Of a stretch of DNA of 64,000 nt, positions 27,573 to 38,201 are shown piece by piece (position 1 is the stretch's first letter; each line of letters begins with the position of its first letter). This DNA comes from a virus. The notes under the pieces were generated by a model that saw nothing but the letters and a program-made list of their open reading frames with translations, did no database searches and was not told where the DNA came from. The stretch is from positions 32,001 through 96,000 of the IMG/VR virus record IMGVR_UViG_3300036818_000127; one strand, 5' to 3'. The position numbers and the translations under genes were made by a program.

Positions 27573-27722
27573 TTACTGATTGTTTGATCTAGACAAATAC
27601 ATGTCTAGATATGCATCCATTGCATCGGACAACTCCTGCTGCAACTCTTCCAGTGTGAGCAGCCCCCATTCCCAAAGGTCCCAAGTGGTATAGGTGGTAA
27701 CTGCATTATATGTAACTTCCAT
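27573..27722 (-). CDS. small acidic protein (MEVTYNAV...), not in the ORF track
   Basis: AAGGAG RBS after repeated promoter. Confidence 0.45.
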   Translation of the reverse strand: MEVTYNAVTTYTTWDLWEWGLLTLEELQQELSDAMDAYLDMYLSRSNNQ

Positions 27723-27772
27723 GATTGCTTACTCCTTGTTTACTAACTTGTTTAACTTCTTGATCTATAATA

Positions 27773-27801
27773 AGTATAGCATATCTTCCATAAACTGTCA
27801 A
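27773..27801 (-). promoter_or_regulatory. repeated promoter copy (divergent pair)
   Basis: Exact 29-mer. Confidence 0.85.
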
Positions 27802-27918
27802 GCTTTTTATGGTGAATACTAGCCAGTTTCCTACTCCTATAGAATACTCACCTAAATGCATCAATTCTTCTTATTTTTAGCCTTCTATAGGAACAATTTT
27901 AAACTGGACCCAAAACCC

Positions 27919-27947
27919 TTGACAGTTTATGGAAGATATGCTATACT
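27919..27947 (+). promoter_or_regulatory. repeated promoter copy (divergent pair)
   Basis: Exact 29-mer. Confidence 0.85.
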
Positions 27948-27996
27948 TTCTATAGATCAAGAAGTTAAACAAGAAGTTCTAAAGGAGCAAACAATC

Positions 27997-28314
27997 ATGG
28001 CAACCAATAAAACCATCAAAGTCGGAGAGATGTCGGATACCGGAATACTTGTAACAGCAGCACGCGAATTTGCAAAAACATATGGGCAAGTGAAAGAGGA
28101 TTGGGAAAAAGTTGAAAACCTGTATACTTTCTATAAAAAGGAAATTGCAGACAAGCTTATAAAAGAGCAGCTGGGAGAGGACTATCTCCTAGATATTGAA
28201 GAGTGTAGAGAGTACCTTGCAGGTGAAGAAGAATGGGATGCAGAACAAAGGAATAGAGAAGCAGAAAAAATGTATCATTCAGTATATGAGTCTCTTGGAG
28301 TGATTGAAGGCTAG
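27997..28314 (+). CDS. hypothetical protein
   Basis: AAGGAG RBS before MATNK. Confidence 0.6.
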   Translation: MATNKTIKVGEMSDTGILVTAAREFAKTYGQVKEDWEKVENLYTFYKKEIADKLIKEQLGEDYLLDIEECREYLAGEEEWDAEQRNREAEKMYHSVYESLGVIEG

Positions 28315-28320
28315 GTTAGT

Positions 28321-28372
28321 AGACCAGAGGTACTAGGGAAACTTAGTACCTGGGGCTTGCTAAGTGAGCAAG
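28321..28372 (+). repeat. 52-bp perfect direct repeat, copy 1 (double hairpin)
   Basis: Identical to 29587-29638. Confidence 0.9.
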
Positions 28373-28397
28373 GATATCAAGAAGGGATTATACTTTT

Positions 28398-28679
28398 ATG
28401 ACTGGTCATGATTTAGCACAGGTTATCATTTGTATTCAGGAATGTAAGTCCCAGGGCATACGATGTGAGGTTACTCCCTCACTCGTCTTTGGGATGGCGA
28501 GTGTTATTGATCCAACAGTTACGATGGAGCAGTGCAAGGAAGCTATTGAAGTATCAGTACACGGCCATGAAGCAGAGTGGGACAAAAAGGTAGACGACGC
28601 TGAAAAAGCTGAGTATCAATCTTGGCTTGATAGAGGCGAGGCTGAATACGACAATACAAGCTGGTGGCGATACAGCTAG
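28398..28679 (+). CDS. hypothetical protein
   Basis: ORF. Confidence 0.55.
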   Translation: MTGHDLAQVIICIQECKSQGIRCEVTPSLVFGMASVIDPTVTMEQCKEAIEVSVHGHEAEWDKKVDDAEKAEYQSWLDRGEAEYDNTSWWRYS

Positions 28680-28772
28680 CAGACAACTGCACCAGGAGCA
28701 ATTCTTAGTACAAAGGCTACCTCATACTAAGAATTGCTAGGTAGGTAAGAACAAAAGAAAGAGAAGTCTTCG

Positions 28773-29546
28773 ATGAGTAATATCCCATACAAGCAATGCA
28801 CAGGACCTTGCAGACAAGAATATCCTGCAACTACTGAATATTGGTATTCTGAAAAAAGGTCAAAGGATGGATTCAGAAACAGATGCAGAAAATGCATAAA
28901 ATGGCATCAAAAAGAATACCAACAACAAACAGAAGTCCAGGAGCAAAAAAAAGATTATAACAAAGAGTACTATGGTAGACCAGAAGTTAAAGAACAGCGT
29001 AAGGAGTCCTTCAAGCAATACAGCAAGGAGTATTATAGCCGTCCAAAAGTTAAAGAACAGCGTAAAAAATATTACAGCCGCCTAGAAGCAATAGAACAGC
29101 GCAAGGAGTATTATAGCCGTCCAAAAGTTAAACAACATAAAAAGGAGTACAACAATCGTCCAGAAGTACAAGAACGACATAAGGAGTTCTTTAAACAATA
29201 CGGCAAAGAGTACCGTAATCGTCCAGAAGTACAAGAACGTCTTCGTGTACATAGGATTAATCGTCGGGCACGCGAACATTCTGTTTTAGGAAAACATAGT
29301 CCTCAACAGATTAAAAATCAACTTAGGCATCAAAAACATAAATGCTACTATTGTCATAAACGTTTACGGAGGACTAAGGGAAAGTATGTTTATCACATAG
29401 AACATACTTTCCCTTTAAGCAGGGTAGCAGGTACTACTATACCTGCTAACAGCATTGAGTACATAGTGTTAGCTTGCCCTGCTTGCAATTTAAACAAAGG
29501 AGACAAATTTCCATGGGAGTATCCAGAAGGGGGAAGACTACTATAA
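28773..29546 (+). CDS. HNH endonuclease with internal KEYYSRPEV repeats
   Basis: CYYC...HIEH.FPLS...LACPACNLNKG. Confidence 0.85.
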   Translation: MSNIPYKQCTGPCRQEYPATTEYWYSEKRSKDGFRNRCRKCIKWHQKEYQQQTEVQEQKKDYNKEYYGRPEVKEQRKESFKQYSKEYYSRPKVKEQRKKYYSRLEAIEQRKEYYSRPKVKQHKKEYNNRPEVQERHKEFFKQYGKEYRNRPEVQERLRVHRINRRAREHSVLGKHSPQQIKNQLRHQKHKCYYCHKRLRRTKGKYVYHIEHTFPLSRVAGTTIPANSIEYIVLACPACNLNKGDKFPWEYPEGGRLL

Positions 29547-29586
29547 GGAAGATAACCAATAAATACAGAACAGGTAATCACTTATC

Positions 29587-29638
29587 AGACCAGAGGTACT
29601 AGGGAAACTTAGTACCTGGGGCTTGCTAAGTGAGCAAG
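29587..29638 (+). repeat. 52-bp perfect direct repeat, copy 2
   Basis: Identical to 28321-28372. Confidence 0.9.
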
Positions 29639-29665
29639 ATTATCTTACTTAAAGGAGCACAACCC

Positions 29666-30328
29666 ATGGCAACCGATACCAAACTAGTTCTCTCAAAAAT
29701 CAAGAAGTTGCTGGCGCTATCAACCTCCAGCAACCCTAATGAAGCGGCAGCGGCAGCGGCGAAAGCCCAGGAGCTGCTCATGCTCCACAATCTTAGCATG
29801 AGTCAGATCCAGACACAAGAGCCATCTAGCTATGAACAGACATTCTTAAATCTAGGTAGGAGTATCTGGAAGCGAGTGCTGCTTTCAGTTATTGCACGAA
29901 ATAATTTCTGTGAAGTAGTCTATACTCCCTCCAAGGCGGAGTCTGCTCTCATTGGTGAGGCGCACAATCGTGAGGTGGTGACCTACCTCTATCACTATCT
30001 CATCGGGCAATTAGAGCCAATGGCAATAGACGCCTATCACCGATCTCTTTCATCTATGCATGCCAAGAGCTGGCTTGATGCCTTCTATATGGGAGCTGCC
30101 ACAAGTATCGACCATCGATTGGAGGAACAGCAACGAGAAATGGAAGCCGCATCAAATGCATGCAAGGCTCTTATTATCAGCAAGGATGCAGAGTTAAAAT
30201 CTGCAATGCGACATTTCTACCCACAAACTAAGAATGGAAGCTCGAAGCGGATAAGAAGCAAAGATGGCTACTATTCAGGCCAGGAGGCAGGCAGAAAAGT
30301 AGCACTCAACCGAGGGATTGAGGCATAG
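29666..30328 (+). CDS. DUF2786 domain protein
   Basis: KIKKLLALS.S.N.NEA..A..KAQELL. Confidence 0.85.
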   Translation: MATDTKLVLSKIKKLLALSTSSNPNEAAAAAAKAQELLMLHNLSMSQIQTQEPSSYEQTFLNLGRSIWKRVLLSVIARNNFCEVVYTPSKAESALIGEAHNREVVTYLYHYLIGQLEPMAIDAYHRSLSSMHAKSWLDAFYMGAATSIDHRLEEQQREMEAASNACKALIISKDAELKSAMRHFYPQTKNGSSKRIRSKDGYYSGQEAGRKVALNRGIEA

Positions 30329-30420
30329 CAAGAAGGCGATAAGACTTCTAGGTCTTCAGAGCACTCATAATGCTCATCGCCATTTAAAATTATTCAACGG
30401 AATATTCACCCATAAGGGGC

Positions 30421-30449
30421 TTGACAGTTTATGGAAGATATGATATACT
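30421..30449 (+). promoter_or_regulatory. repeated promoter copy
   Basis: 29-mer, 1 mismatch. Confidence 0.85.
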
Positions 30450-30492
30450 TACTAGTAGATAAGAGTACTACTAGTAAACAAGGAGATTTGAA

Positions 30493-30852
30493 ATGGCGAT
30501 CAACTACTTCTATCAGTCAAGGGTGCTAAAGGAATTAGTCATAGATGAGGATGAAAAGGGCGTATTTATAACAATGCCCTCTGAAAGTGAAAAGGGTGTA
30601 TTTCACATTGTTAGGTGTATAGAGGACGGCAGAGGAATGTATGTTGATAGATGCGACTGTACTGGCTACAAATACAAGAGATATTGCCAGCACTGCACGA
30701 TTGTCTCAGAGTATTGGGAGGGCATCTACAAAAAGTCTTCTCCGGCCAAAGAAGAGAAGGTTGTTGGGCTGGAGGTAGTGGACAACAAATCAGAAGATTG
30801 GACAAAGGAAGCTCCACTTGGAGGGACCAGAAAGTATAGCTTGCTTAGATAG
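30493..30852 (+). CDS. SWIM zinc-finger protein
   Basis: CDC..Y.Y...CQH. Confidence 0.7.
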   Translation: MAINYFYQSRVLKELVIDEDEKGVFITMPSESEKGVFHIVRCIEDGRGMYVDRCDCTGYKYKRYCQHCTIVSEYWEGIYKKSSPAKEEKVVGLEVVDNKSEDWTKEAPLGGTRKYSLLR

Positions 30853-30881
30853 CAAGCTATAGAGGGAAAGGACACTTCAAA

Positions 30882-31250
30882 ATGAAACAGTTACTTGGAG
30901 TTGGGCTGCTTAGCTGGCCCCGATATGAGCGAATGTCAGGAAGGTACGGGCTAGTGGCCCTATTCCGGCCTGGAACTGAGGGTGAAGATGGTCTGCAAGG
31001 GTATCCCTTGAATACAGAGACCATCGCCCTCATAGTAGGAAATCGCGGTTCTCTTATTGCAGTCCTGGATGGTCAAGAGATTGACCTTGGTTCAGGCAAG
31101 CTATTTACTGAGTTTCAGTATGACATCATCTATGTCGGATTGAAGCCTGATGAGCCTAGAGAAGAGAACTGGCTCAACGTCGATAACCTCTACAAAGTAG
31201 ATGGGATCATGCATCACCGAACAATAGAGCTATACTTCCAACCAAGATAA
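30882..31250 (+). CDS. hypothetical protein
   Basis: RBS. Confidence 0.55.
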   Translation: MKQLLGVGLLSWPRYERMSGRYGLVALFRPGTEGEDGLQGYPLNTETIALIVGNRGSLIAVLDGQEIDLGSGKLFTEFQYDIIYVGLKPDEPREENWLNVDNLYKVDGIMHHRTIELYFQPR

Positions 31251-31284
31251 GCCATCTACTGAAAAATTGGAGCAGGGAAATTAC

Positions 31285-31497
31285 ATGTTCAAACACGTTA
31301 TATGGCTTCTCACCATTGCAAAACGAGATGTAGCAAGAGAGTGGATCAAACACAATTTTGATGTATTCACGGACGAGGCTTTCGTCCTCTCGAAGATCTA
31401 CACATTCTATACAGCCGCTTCTCTCAACGAGGAGCAAGTAGCCCAGATTTCAAACATCGTAGGGCTTGAAGAGCATTTCTTAAATGAAGAAATGTAA
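31285..31497 (+). CDS. hypothetical protein
   Basis: ORF in operon. Confidence 0.5.
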   Translation: MFKHVIWLLTIAKRDVAREWIKHNFDVFTDEAFVLSKIYTFYTAASLNEEQVAQISNIVGLEEHFLNEEM

Positions 31498-31508
31498 AGG
31501 AGCAACAC

Positions 31509-31826
31509 ATGTACATTGATTATAACGGCAGGGAAATCGAGGACTTGGAAATGGAAAACATGAGACGAGATGCAAGAGAGGAGCAAAAACAGGAGCAACA
31601 CTCCACTATGATGTGTAATGATGGGACACAGTTAACGTTTTACACCTCAAACGGCTTTTTAGTCATAGCACGCCACGATGGTGAATTGCTACTTAGTAGT
31701 TATACCATCACACTTGCAACTGACGAGATCAATGAGCTTCAAGTATTCCTGGCAAGTCTGGTAGAGACTGATCCAGAAGAGTCGGACCTGGAATACAAAG
31801 AACTAGTTGATCTTGAAGGCGGATGA
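31509..31826 (+). CDS. hypothetical acidic protein
   Basis: AAGGAG RBS. Confidence 0.55.
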   Translation: MYIDYNGREIEDLEMENMRRDAREEQKQEQHSTMMCNDGTQLTFYTSNGFLVIARHDGELLLSSYTITLATDEINELQVFLASLVETDPEESDLEYKELVDLEGG

Positions 31827-31939
31827 GCCTAAGAACTACCTAGAGAATTAGTAATCTATACATCAACTGGAGCAGGCTTGCTACTTGCTCCAGTTTTTTG
31901 TTGCCTTCAAATATTGCCCTAAATACCCCTTATAGCTGC

Positions 31940-31968
31940 TTGACAGTTTATGGAAGATATGCTATACT
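31940..31968 (+). promoter_or_regulatory. repeated promoter copy, preceded by terminator 31866-31899
   Basis: Exact 29-mer. Confidence 0.85.
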
Positions 31969-32016
31969 TACAGTAGATCAAAAGTTAGTCAAGTTAGTAT
32001 CAAAGGAGCAAATCAA

Positions 32017-32352
32017 ATGACAGTACTTACTACCCCAACTACTATTCAGCGCATGTGGGATACCAAAGTATCTCAGTGTCCACGAAACAAAACTACCATG
32101 ATGGTAGCAATCCCCAGTCGTAACATCGCTAGCGGCGAGTATGTAAGCAGCTATGGATCTGGGCAGTCCCATAGTGATATCTTCTTCAAGTACATGAATT
32201 TCCGCAGGCAGCAGGAGGCGGAAATCACTACTCAGGTGGTGGTGGATAACATCATTATCACTGTCCACTATAAAGGAAAATTAGGGAAATATAACATGGA
32301 AGAAATCAATCTCTTCTGCCAGAAGGGGTTTATTAAGGATATATCCTACTAA
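32017..32352 (+). CDS. hypothetical protein
   Basis: AAGGAG RBS. Confidence 0.55.
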   Translation: MTVLTTPTTIQRMWDTKVSQCPRNKTTMMVAIPSRNIASGEYVSSYGSGQSHSDIFFKYMNFRRQQEAEITTQVVVDNIIITVHYKGKLGKYNMEEINLFCQKGFIKDISY

Positions 32353-32398
32353 AATTAATGAGGGGAGATTCATTTCTCCCCTCAAAAGGAGAAACAAA

Positions 32399-32608
32399 GT
32401 GAAATATAAAGTAATGTTCAGCTCAGTCGATGGGGCTGGCTACATCAATCAAGAGAACCGAGCACCAGGGGCTCCTGAGATCCCAAAGAAGTGGGATACG
32501 AAGGCGGAAGCGCAAGCAGTTGCTGCCCAGCATAATGAAGACTGCAAAAAGGATAATAACCCTTGGGGGTATAGATACTCAGTAAAAGAAGATCGGTATA
32601 TTAGGTAG
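32399..32608 (+). CDS. hypothetical protein
   Basis: AAGGAG RBS, GTG start. Confidence 0.5.
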   Translation: MKYKVMFSSVDGAGYINQENRAPGAPEIPKKWDTKAEAQAVAAQHNEDCKKDNNPWGYRYSVKEDRYIR

Positions 32609-32657
32609 TCGGGGAACCACAAATTCCCCTAGTCCCGCAAGGGAAGGAGTATTTAAA

Positions 32658-33083
32658 ATGCCACGACGCGATAGAGAGCACAGAATGAGCTTATCTGAAG
32701 CCCAGCGTATTAGGACCCAGATGGTCCGAGACTCTGAGCAGATAGCGCGAGATCACAAAGAACAAGAGGAAAGAGAGCGAGAGCTAAAGGATTATGAGCT
32801 AGAGATTAGCATCTCTACTCCCTATGACAGGATCGACGAAGAGATGGCCCGCTTCTATCCAAACATTTGCCCCGATCCCTACTGGTGCCTCGGCGCTGAC
32901 AGCAACAACTATTATGAAGAGGATGAGGTACCAGAGGGCGGGTATATAGAGACTGAAGAGAGCATGCAGCAGATTGCGGAGGTGGGCAGCAAGGCCAATA
33001 AAGAATGGCAAGACCACCTGGAGCAAATGAAAAAAGAGCCCTGGTTTAATGAGCTAGGGGATTTAGATGAGCACCCGTTCTAA
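32658..33083 (+). CDS. hypothetical acidic protein
   Basis: AAGGAG RBS. Confidence 0.55.
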   Translation: MPRRDREHRMSLSEAQRIRTQMVRDSEQIARDHKEQEERERELKDYELEISISTPYDRIDEEMARFYPNICPDPYWCLGADSNNYYEEDEVPEGGYIETEESMQQIAEVGSKANKEWQDHLEQMKKEPWFNELGDLDEHPF

Positions 33084-33462
33084 TTTTCAAGAAAGGCAAA
33101 AACTAATGCTACACATGGACAGATACATTAATCCTGAGCATAAAGACATCAATGATTTCATTGAACTTGAAGGTGGGCTTATCGCTCATCGTTACGACAT
33201 CATTTCGACCAGCCGTGTATGTTATGCAGTCTATGAGCGATCTGCACTATTCGCAGGCAAGCATACTAGCTTCTTGAGTAACGAAAAGTACGGAGTAATG
33301 GGAGATATTACAACCCGAGAGCTGCCAGCAGAACTGGAAGCCATGCGTCCTGGAAGTCAGGAGAGGTGCCATGCAGTTAATGCTTGGCATCGAGAGCTAG
33401 AGGCTTTAGCTGAAAAGTGCATTCGCAGTGCATTTTCAGAAGATTTTATAGTAGGGACCTAA
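33067..33462 (+). CDS. hypothetical protein
   Basis: ORF; likely start 33106. Confidence 0.5.
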   Translation: MSTRSNFQERQKLMLHMDRYINPEHKDINDFIELEGGLIAHRYDIISTSRVCYAVYERSALFAGKHTSFLSNEKYGVMGDITTRELPAELEAMRPGSQERCHAVNAWHRELEALAEKCIRSAFSEDFIVGT

Positions 33463-33546
33463 CAACTCCCTTAGCACCGAAAGAGGGAAGATGAGCTGTT
33501 TTTCATCTTTCCTCTTCTTTTTGTTTGGCTTTTTTAAACTACCCTT

Positions 33547-33756
33547 TCCTACTTCAATTTTTTTCTACTATTTCTAGATTTTTCTACAACTTTTTGGTTA
33601 TAGAGCCCAGGAAGGGGGCATACACCTAAGAGAGGATAGATTACCCTAGTAGGCACTAAAACTTCCAAAATGGCACTACAGGCCCATCTGAAGCACATGC
33701 TGGTTTTGCCGCTCTTATGCATCCCTTTCCTCTCAAAACAAGGTCAATTGTTCTAA
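33547..33756 (-). repeat. dispersed intergenic repeat, copy B
   Basis: Reverse complement of 48052-48262. Confidence 0.85.
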
Positions 33757-33770
33757 ATTCCCCCTCACCA

Positions 33771-34637
33771 TTAGGATACATTGATGCGCAGCATCCGGCC
33801 AGCTCCAGACTCAACCTTCGAGACCTTTAGATACTCCCGCTCAGAAAAGATATCTCCAGTTTGTTTGGCTGACAGGATTACCAGACCAACATTCTGGAGC
33901 TGCCGCATGATTCCAACAATCTGGCTTGGTCGAACACTATGGCCGTGGAGAGCAAGAAGACTACTCACCTCATGTAGCGTTATGCCCAGACCTTCAGAGG
34001 GTAGCATATGAAAAATAGTTTCTGCCATCTTGCGTTGCCCAGCATTGCTGCCTAGTTGATATACATCAGCAGTAGGGGACAGCCCCCACTTCCCTAGAAA
34101 ATGAACATCAAACTGACAATCATCATCTCCCTTCTGCATACAGGCTATCTCTTGGACAGCAACCACCTCACTATACTTCTTACCTGCACCTTCAATGGCA
34201 CCATAGAGGATAGGGCAGAGATGACGATGGCTATCATAGATGATGTGGATACCGAGCCCAGTGAGAGGTTCATATTGAAAAAGGGGTGGAACAATCTCTG
34301 ATGAGGCATGATTTAGCTGCTGATGGGCCATGCGCATCGTGAGGAGAAGATCTCTTGCACTATGAATGCCCTCTAGGAGATGAGAGCAAACATGGCTAGT
34401 AAAATTATTTGTAATAAAGTATTCTCCATACAGATACAAGAGAATACTAGGTGCAACCCCAGTTACTTTTGATGTGGCAGTAACTCCCTTCAACAATACC
34501 TCATCAGGATAGGTGCGAGTAACCAGCGGGATGTCCGCACCTGTCCCTGCTATTGAACTTCGATATATTCCAAGTGCAACCTCGCCGTACCTATCTGCTA
34601 GAAACTTCTCCCAGGTCGCAAAAATAAGACCATGCAC
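33771..34637 (-). CDS. H-NOX (heme-NO binding) plus V4R domain protein
   Basis: HGLIF N-terminus, proximal His in MAHQQL, PPLF, YxSxR (YDSHR), CMQKGDDDC. Confidence 0.8.
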   Translation of the reverse strand: MHGLIFATWEKFLADRYGEVALGIYRSSIAGTGADIPLVTRTYPDEVLLKGVTATSKVTGVAPSILLYLYGEYFITNNFTSHVCSHLLEGIHSARDLLLTMRMAHQQLNHASSEIVPPLFQYEPLTGLGIHIIYDSHRHLCPILYGAIEGAGKKYSEVVAVQEIACMQKGDDDCQFDVHFLGKWGLSPTADVYQLGSNAGQRKMAETIFHMLPSEGLGITLHEVSSLLALHGHSVRPSQIVGIMRQLQNVGLVILSAKQTGDIFSEREYLKVSKVESGAGRMLRINVS

Positions 34638-34717
34638 GTCTGCTACCTCCATTGGCTCATACTGCTAACAAAAACTATGTTACACAGGAATTATACACTC
34701 CTGTGTAAGCTATAGTA

Positions 34718-35788
34718 TCAGAGGATGTCAATACCTAGCTGATTGCTAGCCATTGAAGGACAGAAGAGCGGCAACGTAAAATAGAAGCTACTCCCTTCTC
34801 CCTCTATCCCGCTCGATTCAACCCAGATTTGTCCGCCCATGTTTTCTACCATGCGGCGGCAGTTGTACAGGCCAAGTCCCGTCCCGTCAACATGCCTTTC
34901 ATCATGCAGTCGTGAGAACTTCTGGAAAAGCTGACTGGCCTTCTCTGGGTCAATTCCATATCCTTGATCTTTAATGCAGACACAGGCGGCACCTTCATTG
35001 ATGCCAATCTTAACAGAAATAGGCGTCCCTTTGGCTGCATACTTGAATGCATTATGTAAGAGGTTACGTAGCACACGCTGGACCTGCGTAATATCGGCTA
35101 GGACTTCTACTCCTGTCGGGATATGAAGATCAACAAGGGGATGTTCAAAGGTGTAAATATATCGAAGCAGTTCTTTTACCACTTGGTCAAGATGGAATGC
35201 TTCTAGCTGAGGCGGGGACACATCATCGATGGCAGTCATAGCATCTCGAATATTTGAAGTAAGCCGAGCAACCTCATCACAGCTATAACTTGCCTGATCA
35301 AGAAACATTTGCTGCTCAGGAGCAGAGAGCTTTGCCCCATACTCTCTCAAAATACCGATTGACCCAATTGCCGTCGTCAATGGTGTCCTCATGTCATGAT
35401 TGAGGTTTGCTAGGAACTGGTCCTTGATCTGGTGAAACTCCTGTAGTCGGTCCATGGCAGATCGAAATGCTCCAATGGAGATAACGAGGATGAGGTCCGT
35501 GACTGTCCCTGAAATGAAAACGGCCAGGACATGAATAGACCATCCCTGATATACGGTGAGCAATACTATATGTATCCACAGTAGTCCCCACTCAAGAGCC
35601 AGTGCTTCTTTCCAGCTAAAGACCCAGCAGATGAACAATCCAAGGATCAGTAAAATAGAGGAAAAACCCCAATCGTGAAGAGAAATAATAAATGCTTCTT
35701 CTATGATAAATATGAAGATCGCACTGAAGAAGCGAACACATATAGGCAATTGACGCAAATATAGAACATGATTTCTAATGGCGTCCAT
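34718..35788 (-). CDS. membrane sensor histidine kinase
   Basis: TM helices, HDMRTPL, NAFKY, DQGYGI, GTGLGL. Confidence 0.92.
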   Translation of the reverse strand: MDAIRNHVLYLRQLPICVRFFSAIFIFIIEEAFIISLHDWGFSSILLILGLFICWVFSWKEALALEWGLLWIHIVLLTVYQGWSIHVLAVFISGTVTDLILVISIGAFRSAMDRLQEFHQIKDQFLANLNHDMRTPLTTAIGSIGILREYGAKLSAPEQQMFLDQASYSCDEVARLTSNIRDAMTAIDDVSPPQLEAFHLDQVVKELLRYIYTFEHPLVDLHIPTGVEVLADITQVQRVLRNLLHNAFKYAAKGTPISVKIGINEGAACVCIKDQGYGIDPEKASQLFQKFSRLHDERHVDGTGLGLYNCRRMVENMGGQIWVESSGIEGEGSSFYFTLPLFCPSMASNQLGIDIL

Positions 35789-36004
35789 ACTACCTCCCTA
35801 TTAAATTTCTTCTTGAAAAGTACCATTGTTCAGTATACTACAGATATGCAAATATAGAACTAATCTATGTATTGTTCAGCTTATCACTCCAGTTTTAATA
35901 CTCCTATCTGCATCTAAAATCCCTTGATCATAAGTATACTATATATAGGCCCGAATTGGCCCTGTAGAAAGAGAGGCAATTCTTGTAGAGTAGCACCTAT
36001 CGAC

Positions 36005-36241
36005 ATGAAGGATAGATACGTGCTAAAGATCCTTTTAGGCCAACGGATCAAGCAATTGCGAGAAGAGCGCCACATAACACAAGAAGACCTTGCTGACTTA
36101 ATGAAAGTAGAGAGTGATCGACAGGTCCGCAAGTGGGAAAGTGGAGAGAGATTTCCAAGTCCCACTCACCTTGTTGCGCTAACGAAAGTTTTTAAGATAC
36201 GTGTCAGAGACCTCTTTGACTTCCCTGACTCGGACCTTTAG
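36005..36241 (+). CDS. XRE-family HTH regulator
   Basis: GQRIKQLREERHITQEDLA...WESG.RFP. Confidence 0.85.
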   Translation: MKDRYVLKILLGQRIKQLREERHITQEDLADLMKVESDRQVRKWESGERFPSPTHLVALTKVFKIRVRDLFDFPDSDL

Positions 36242-36252
36242 ATGTGGCCCTA

Positions 36253-36892
36253 CTACTGCAACTCTTTAATTCCCTTAATATTTAATTTGTCAGTATCCCT
36301 ATACCTACGAATTGCAGCAGGCAAGTTTGGCTCCGTCCTAGGTGACGCAAGGGAGGAATCAGCACTACGCGGTAGGCGTCTTGGGGTATGATTAAATGTG
36401 CTAAAGGCAGCAACTGCCTTATTGACTGCATCTGGAGGTTGGTGCCCAGACAGTGCCCATAGCGCCTGGTACATCTCTTCAGTAAACACAGGCATCTCTA
36501 GTCCCTTCCACTCAAAATACCTCTTGATTTCCTCATTATTATAATGCTCTTCAATAACGGAAATCCAGATATACGTCTGGATATAGCTTGGTCTCTGGAC
36601 CCCTATAATGACACGTGATACTGCCTGCTGGAGCATCGAACTTTGCTCCTCTTTCGGAAGAGTCCCTTCTTCCAGCATCTGCTCATATCGTTCTTTCCCA
36701 TACTTCCTAATCATCATCTCATTATACATTGATTGCCCTTTATCTGCTAACCACGGCTGATTCATGCCAGCCGCCTCACAGAATTGGCGCATAAGAGTAC
36801 CAAACCTCGGAATTGGCTTTCCATTGATTAATTCGTGCAGATACCGAGGACCTTGGCTTTTTGATGTATCATCGCTCACTTTAATCTCATCC
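36253..36892 (-). CDS. hypothetical protein, possible HTH regulator
   Basis: Track ORF 36253..37137; start trimmed. Confidence 0.5.
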
Positions 36893-37018
36893 ATTTCAGT
36901 TGGTCTAAAATTCTCTTGACAATAGAACCACTTAAATACTACAATGCGGAAACTTACACAGATGGTCTGTGTAGGGTGGCTCACATACGTTGATGGAATT
37001 ATAGCATAATCGTCAACG

Positions 37019-37495
37019 GTGCGTCTATTTTGTCGTGGACTTTGTGGGGTTGTTATGGTTACGTTTTTTGCCAAGCCCAAGCCGAGAATTGAAGATGATG
37101 ATCTGCTCAGGGAAGTCATCCGAGATATCTCAGGCACTACATACTTTGATCCGATCAGCGATCCGCCAACCCAGGAACTTCAGGCCATCTCGATAGGATT
37201 GCGTCACACGAACACAACCCGATATCCTATCATCTCTAAAAGTCCTTGGCCGTTGGAACATATGTTTGCTGCTGTCTGTGCCCATATTCGACCACGAGCA
37301 CCAGTCCCACGCTACATCATACTCCCTGACGTGGCATACAGAAAACACCTGGAAGATGTCCTGACACCACGGCCTTTTGACGGTCTCTTTCTCTTTCAGA
37401 TCTCAGGTATGAAGAGACCCTTTCACATCTTAGTCTATAGAGATGTCGAACTGAATACAACCCTACCACCTAATGTTATTTTGTGTATCAGCTAA
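37019..37495 (+). CDS. hypothetical protein
   Basis: ORF. Confidence 0.5.
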   Translation: MRLFCRGLCGVVMVTFFAKPKPRIEDDDLLREVIRDISGTTYFDPISDPPTQELQAISIGLRHTNTTRYPIISKSPWPLEHMFAAVCAHIRPRAPVPRYIILPDVAYRKHLEDVLTPRPFDGLFLFQISGMKRPFHILVYRDVELNTTLPPNVILCIS

Positions 37496-37514
37496 CGGAA
37501 AGGAAAGATTGGAG

Positions 37515-37934
37515 ATGTCTATACAGAGACCCGCGCCATTCAGTCACCTCGCAGAGCTAGAGAAGCTTGTAGAGAACAGGAATGAAAGGCCCACACGGGC
37601 CATGCCAGCAGTGACAGCAAAGAGACCTGCTCGTGCGCTTATTCCACCAGGATACTGCAACCCCACGCTGAGCCCCTATGTCTTGATCATTGCGGCCATC
37701 ATTGAAAACAGACGATACATGTATGGACCAGTCCTTCCGAAAGCCCTCTATGTTACGAGCGAGATCCTGGAGCAACTATCAAAGGACATAATGCATTGCA
37801 CAGGCCAGGATTTTAATGGGCATTCAATTCCATTTACCCTATTTGATGGGAAAATAGTACACATCCCTGTATTCTCCGCAAGGAAAGGGGATGGTGTTAC
37901 TGTTCCGAAACATACAGTATGGTGTGCAAACTGA
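37515..37934 (+). CDS. hypothetical protein
   Basis: ORF. Confidence 0.5.
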   Translation: MSIQRPAPFSHLAELEKLVENRNERPTRAMPAVTAKRPARALIPPGYCNPTLSPYVLIIAAIIENRRYMYGPVLPKALYVTSEILEQLSKDIMHCTGQDFNGHSIPFTLFDGKIVHIPVFSARKGDGVTVPKHTVWCAN

Positions 37935-38201
37935 TACAGAAAGAGGTAAAAAGTGCCTTGGTATTTTATAGCACTCTGCTCCTTTTTTATAGCTATTATA
38001 CTAACTAATGCATGCATATGTATCTTTCATCCTTTTATAGAATACATGAGGGATGAGCTTGACATACAACAATTATTGCATGAGTGGAAGGATAGGGACT
38101 TATGAGGGAGATTTTGAGCATTCTCTTCGTTACAGCAATCTTTGCTGCTATCACTACAGCATGCATGATCTTGGTACATTAGGAAAGGGAAATAGCACAG
38201 G

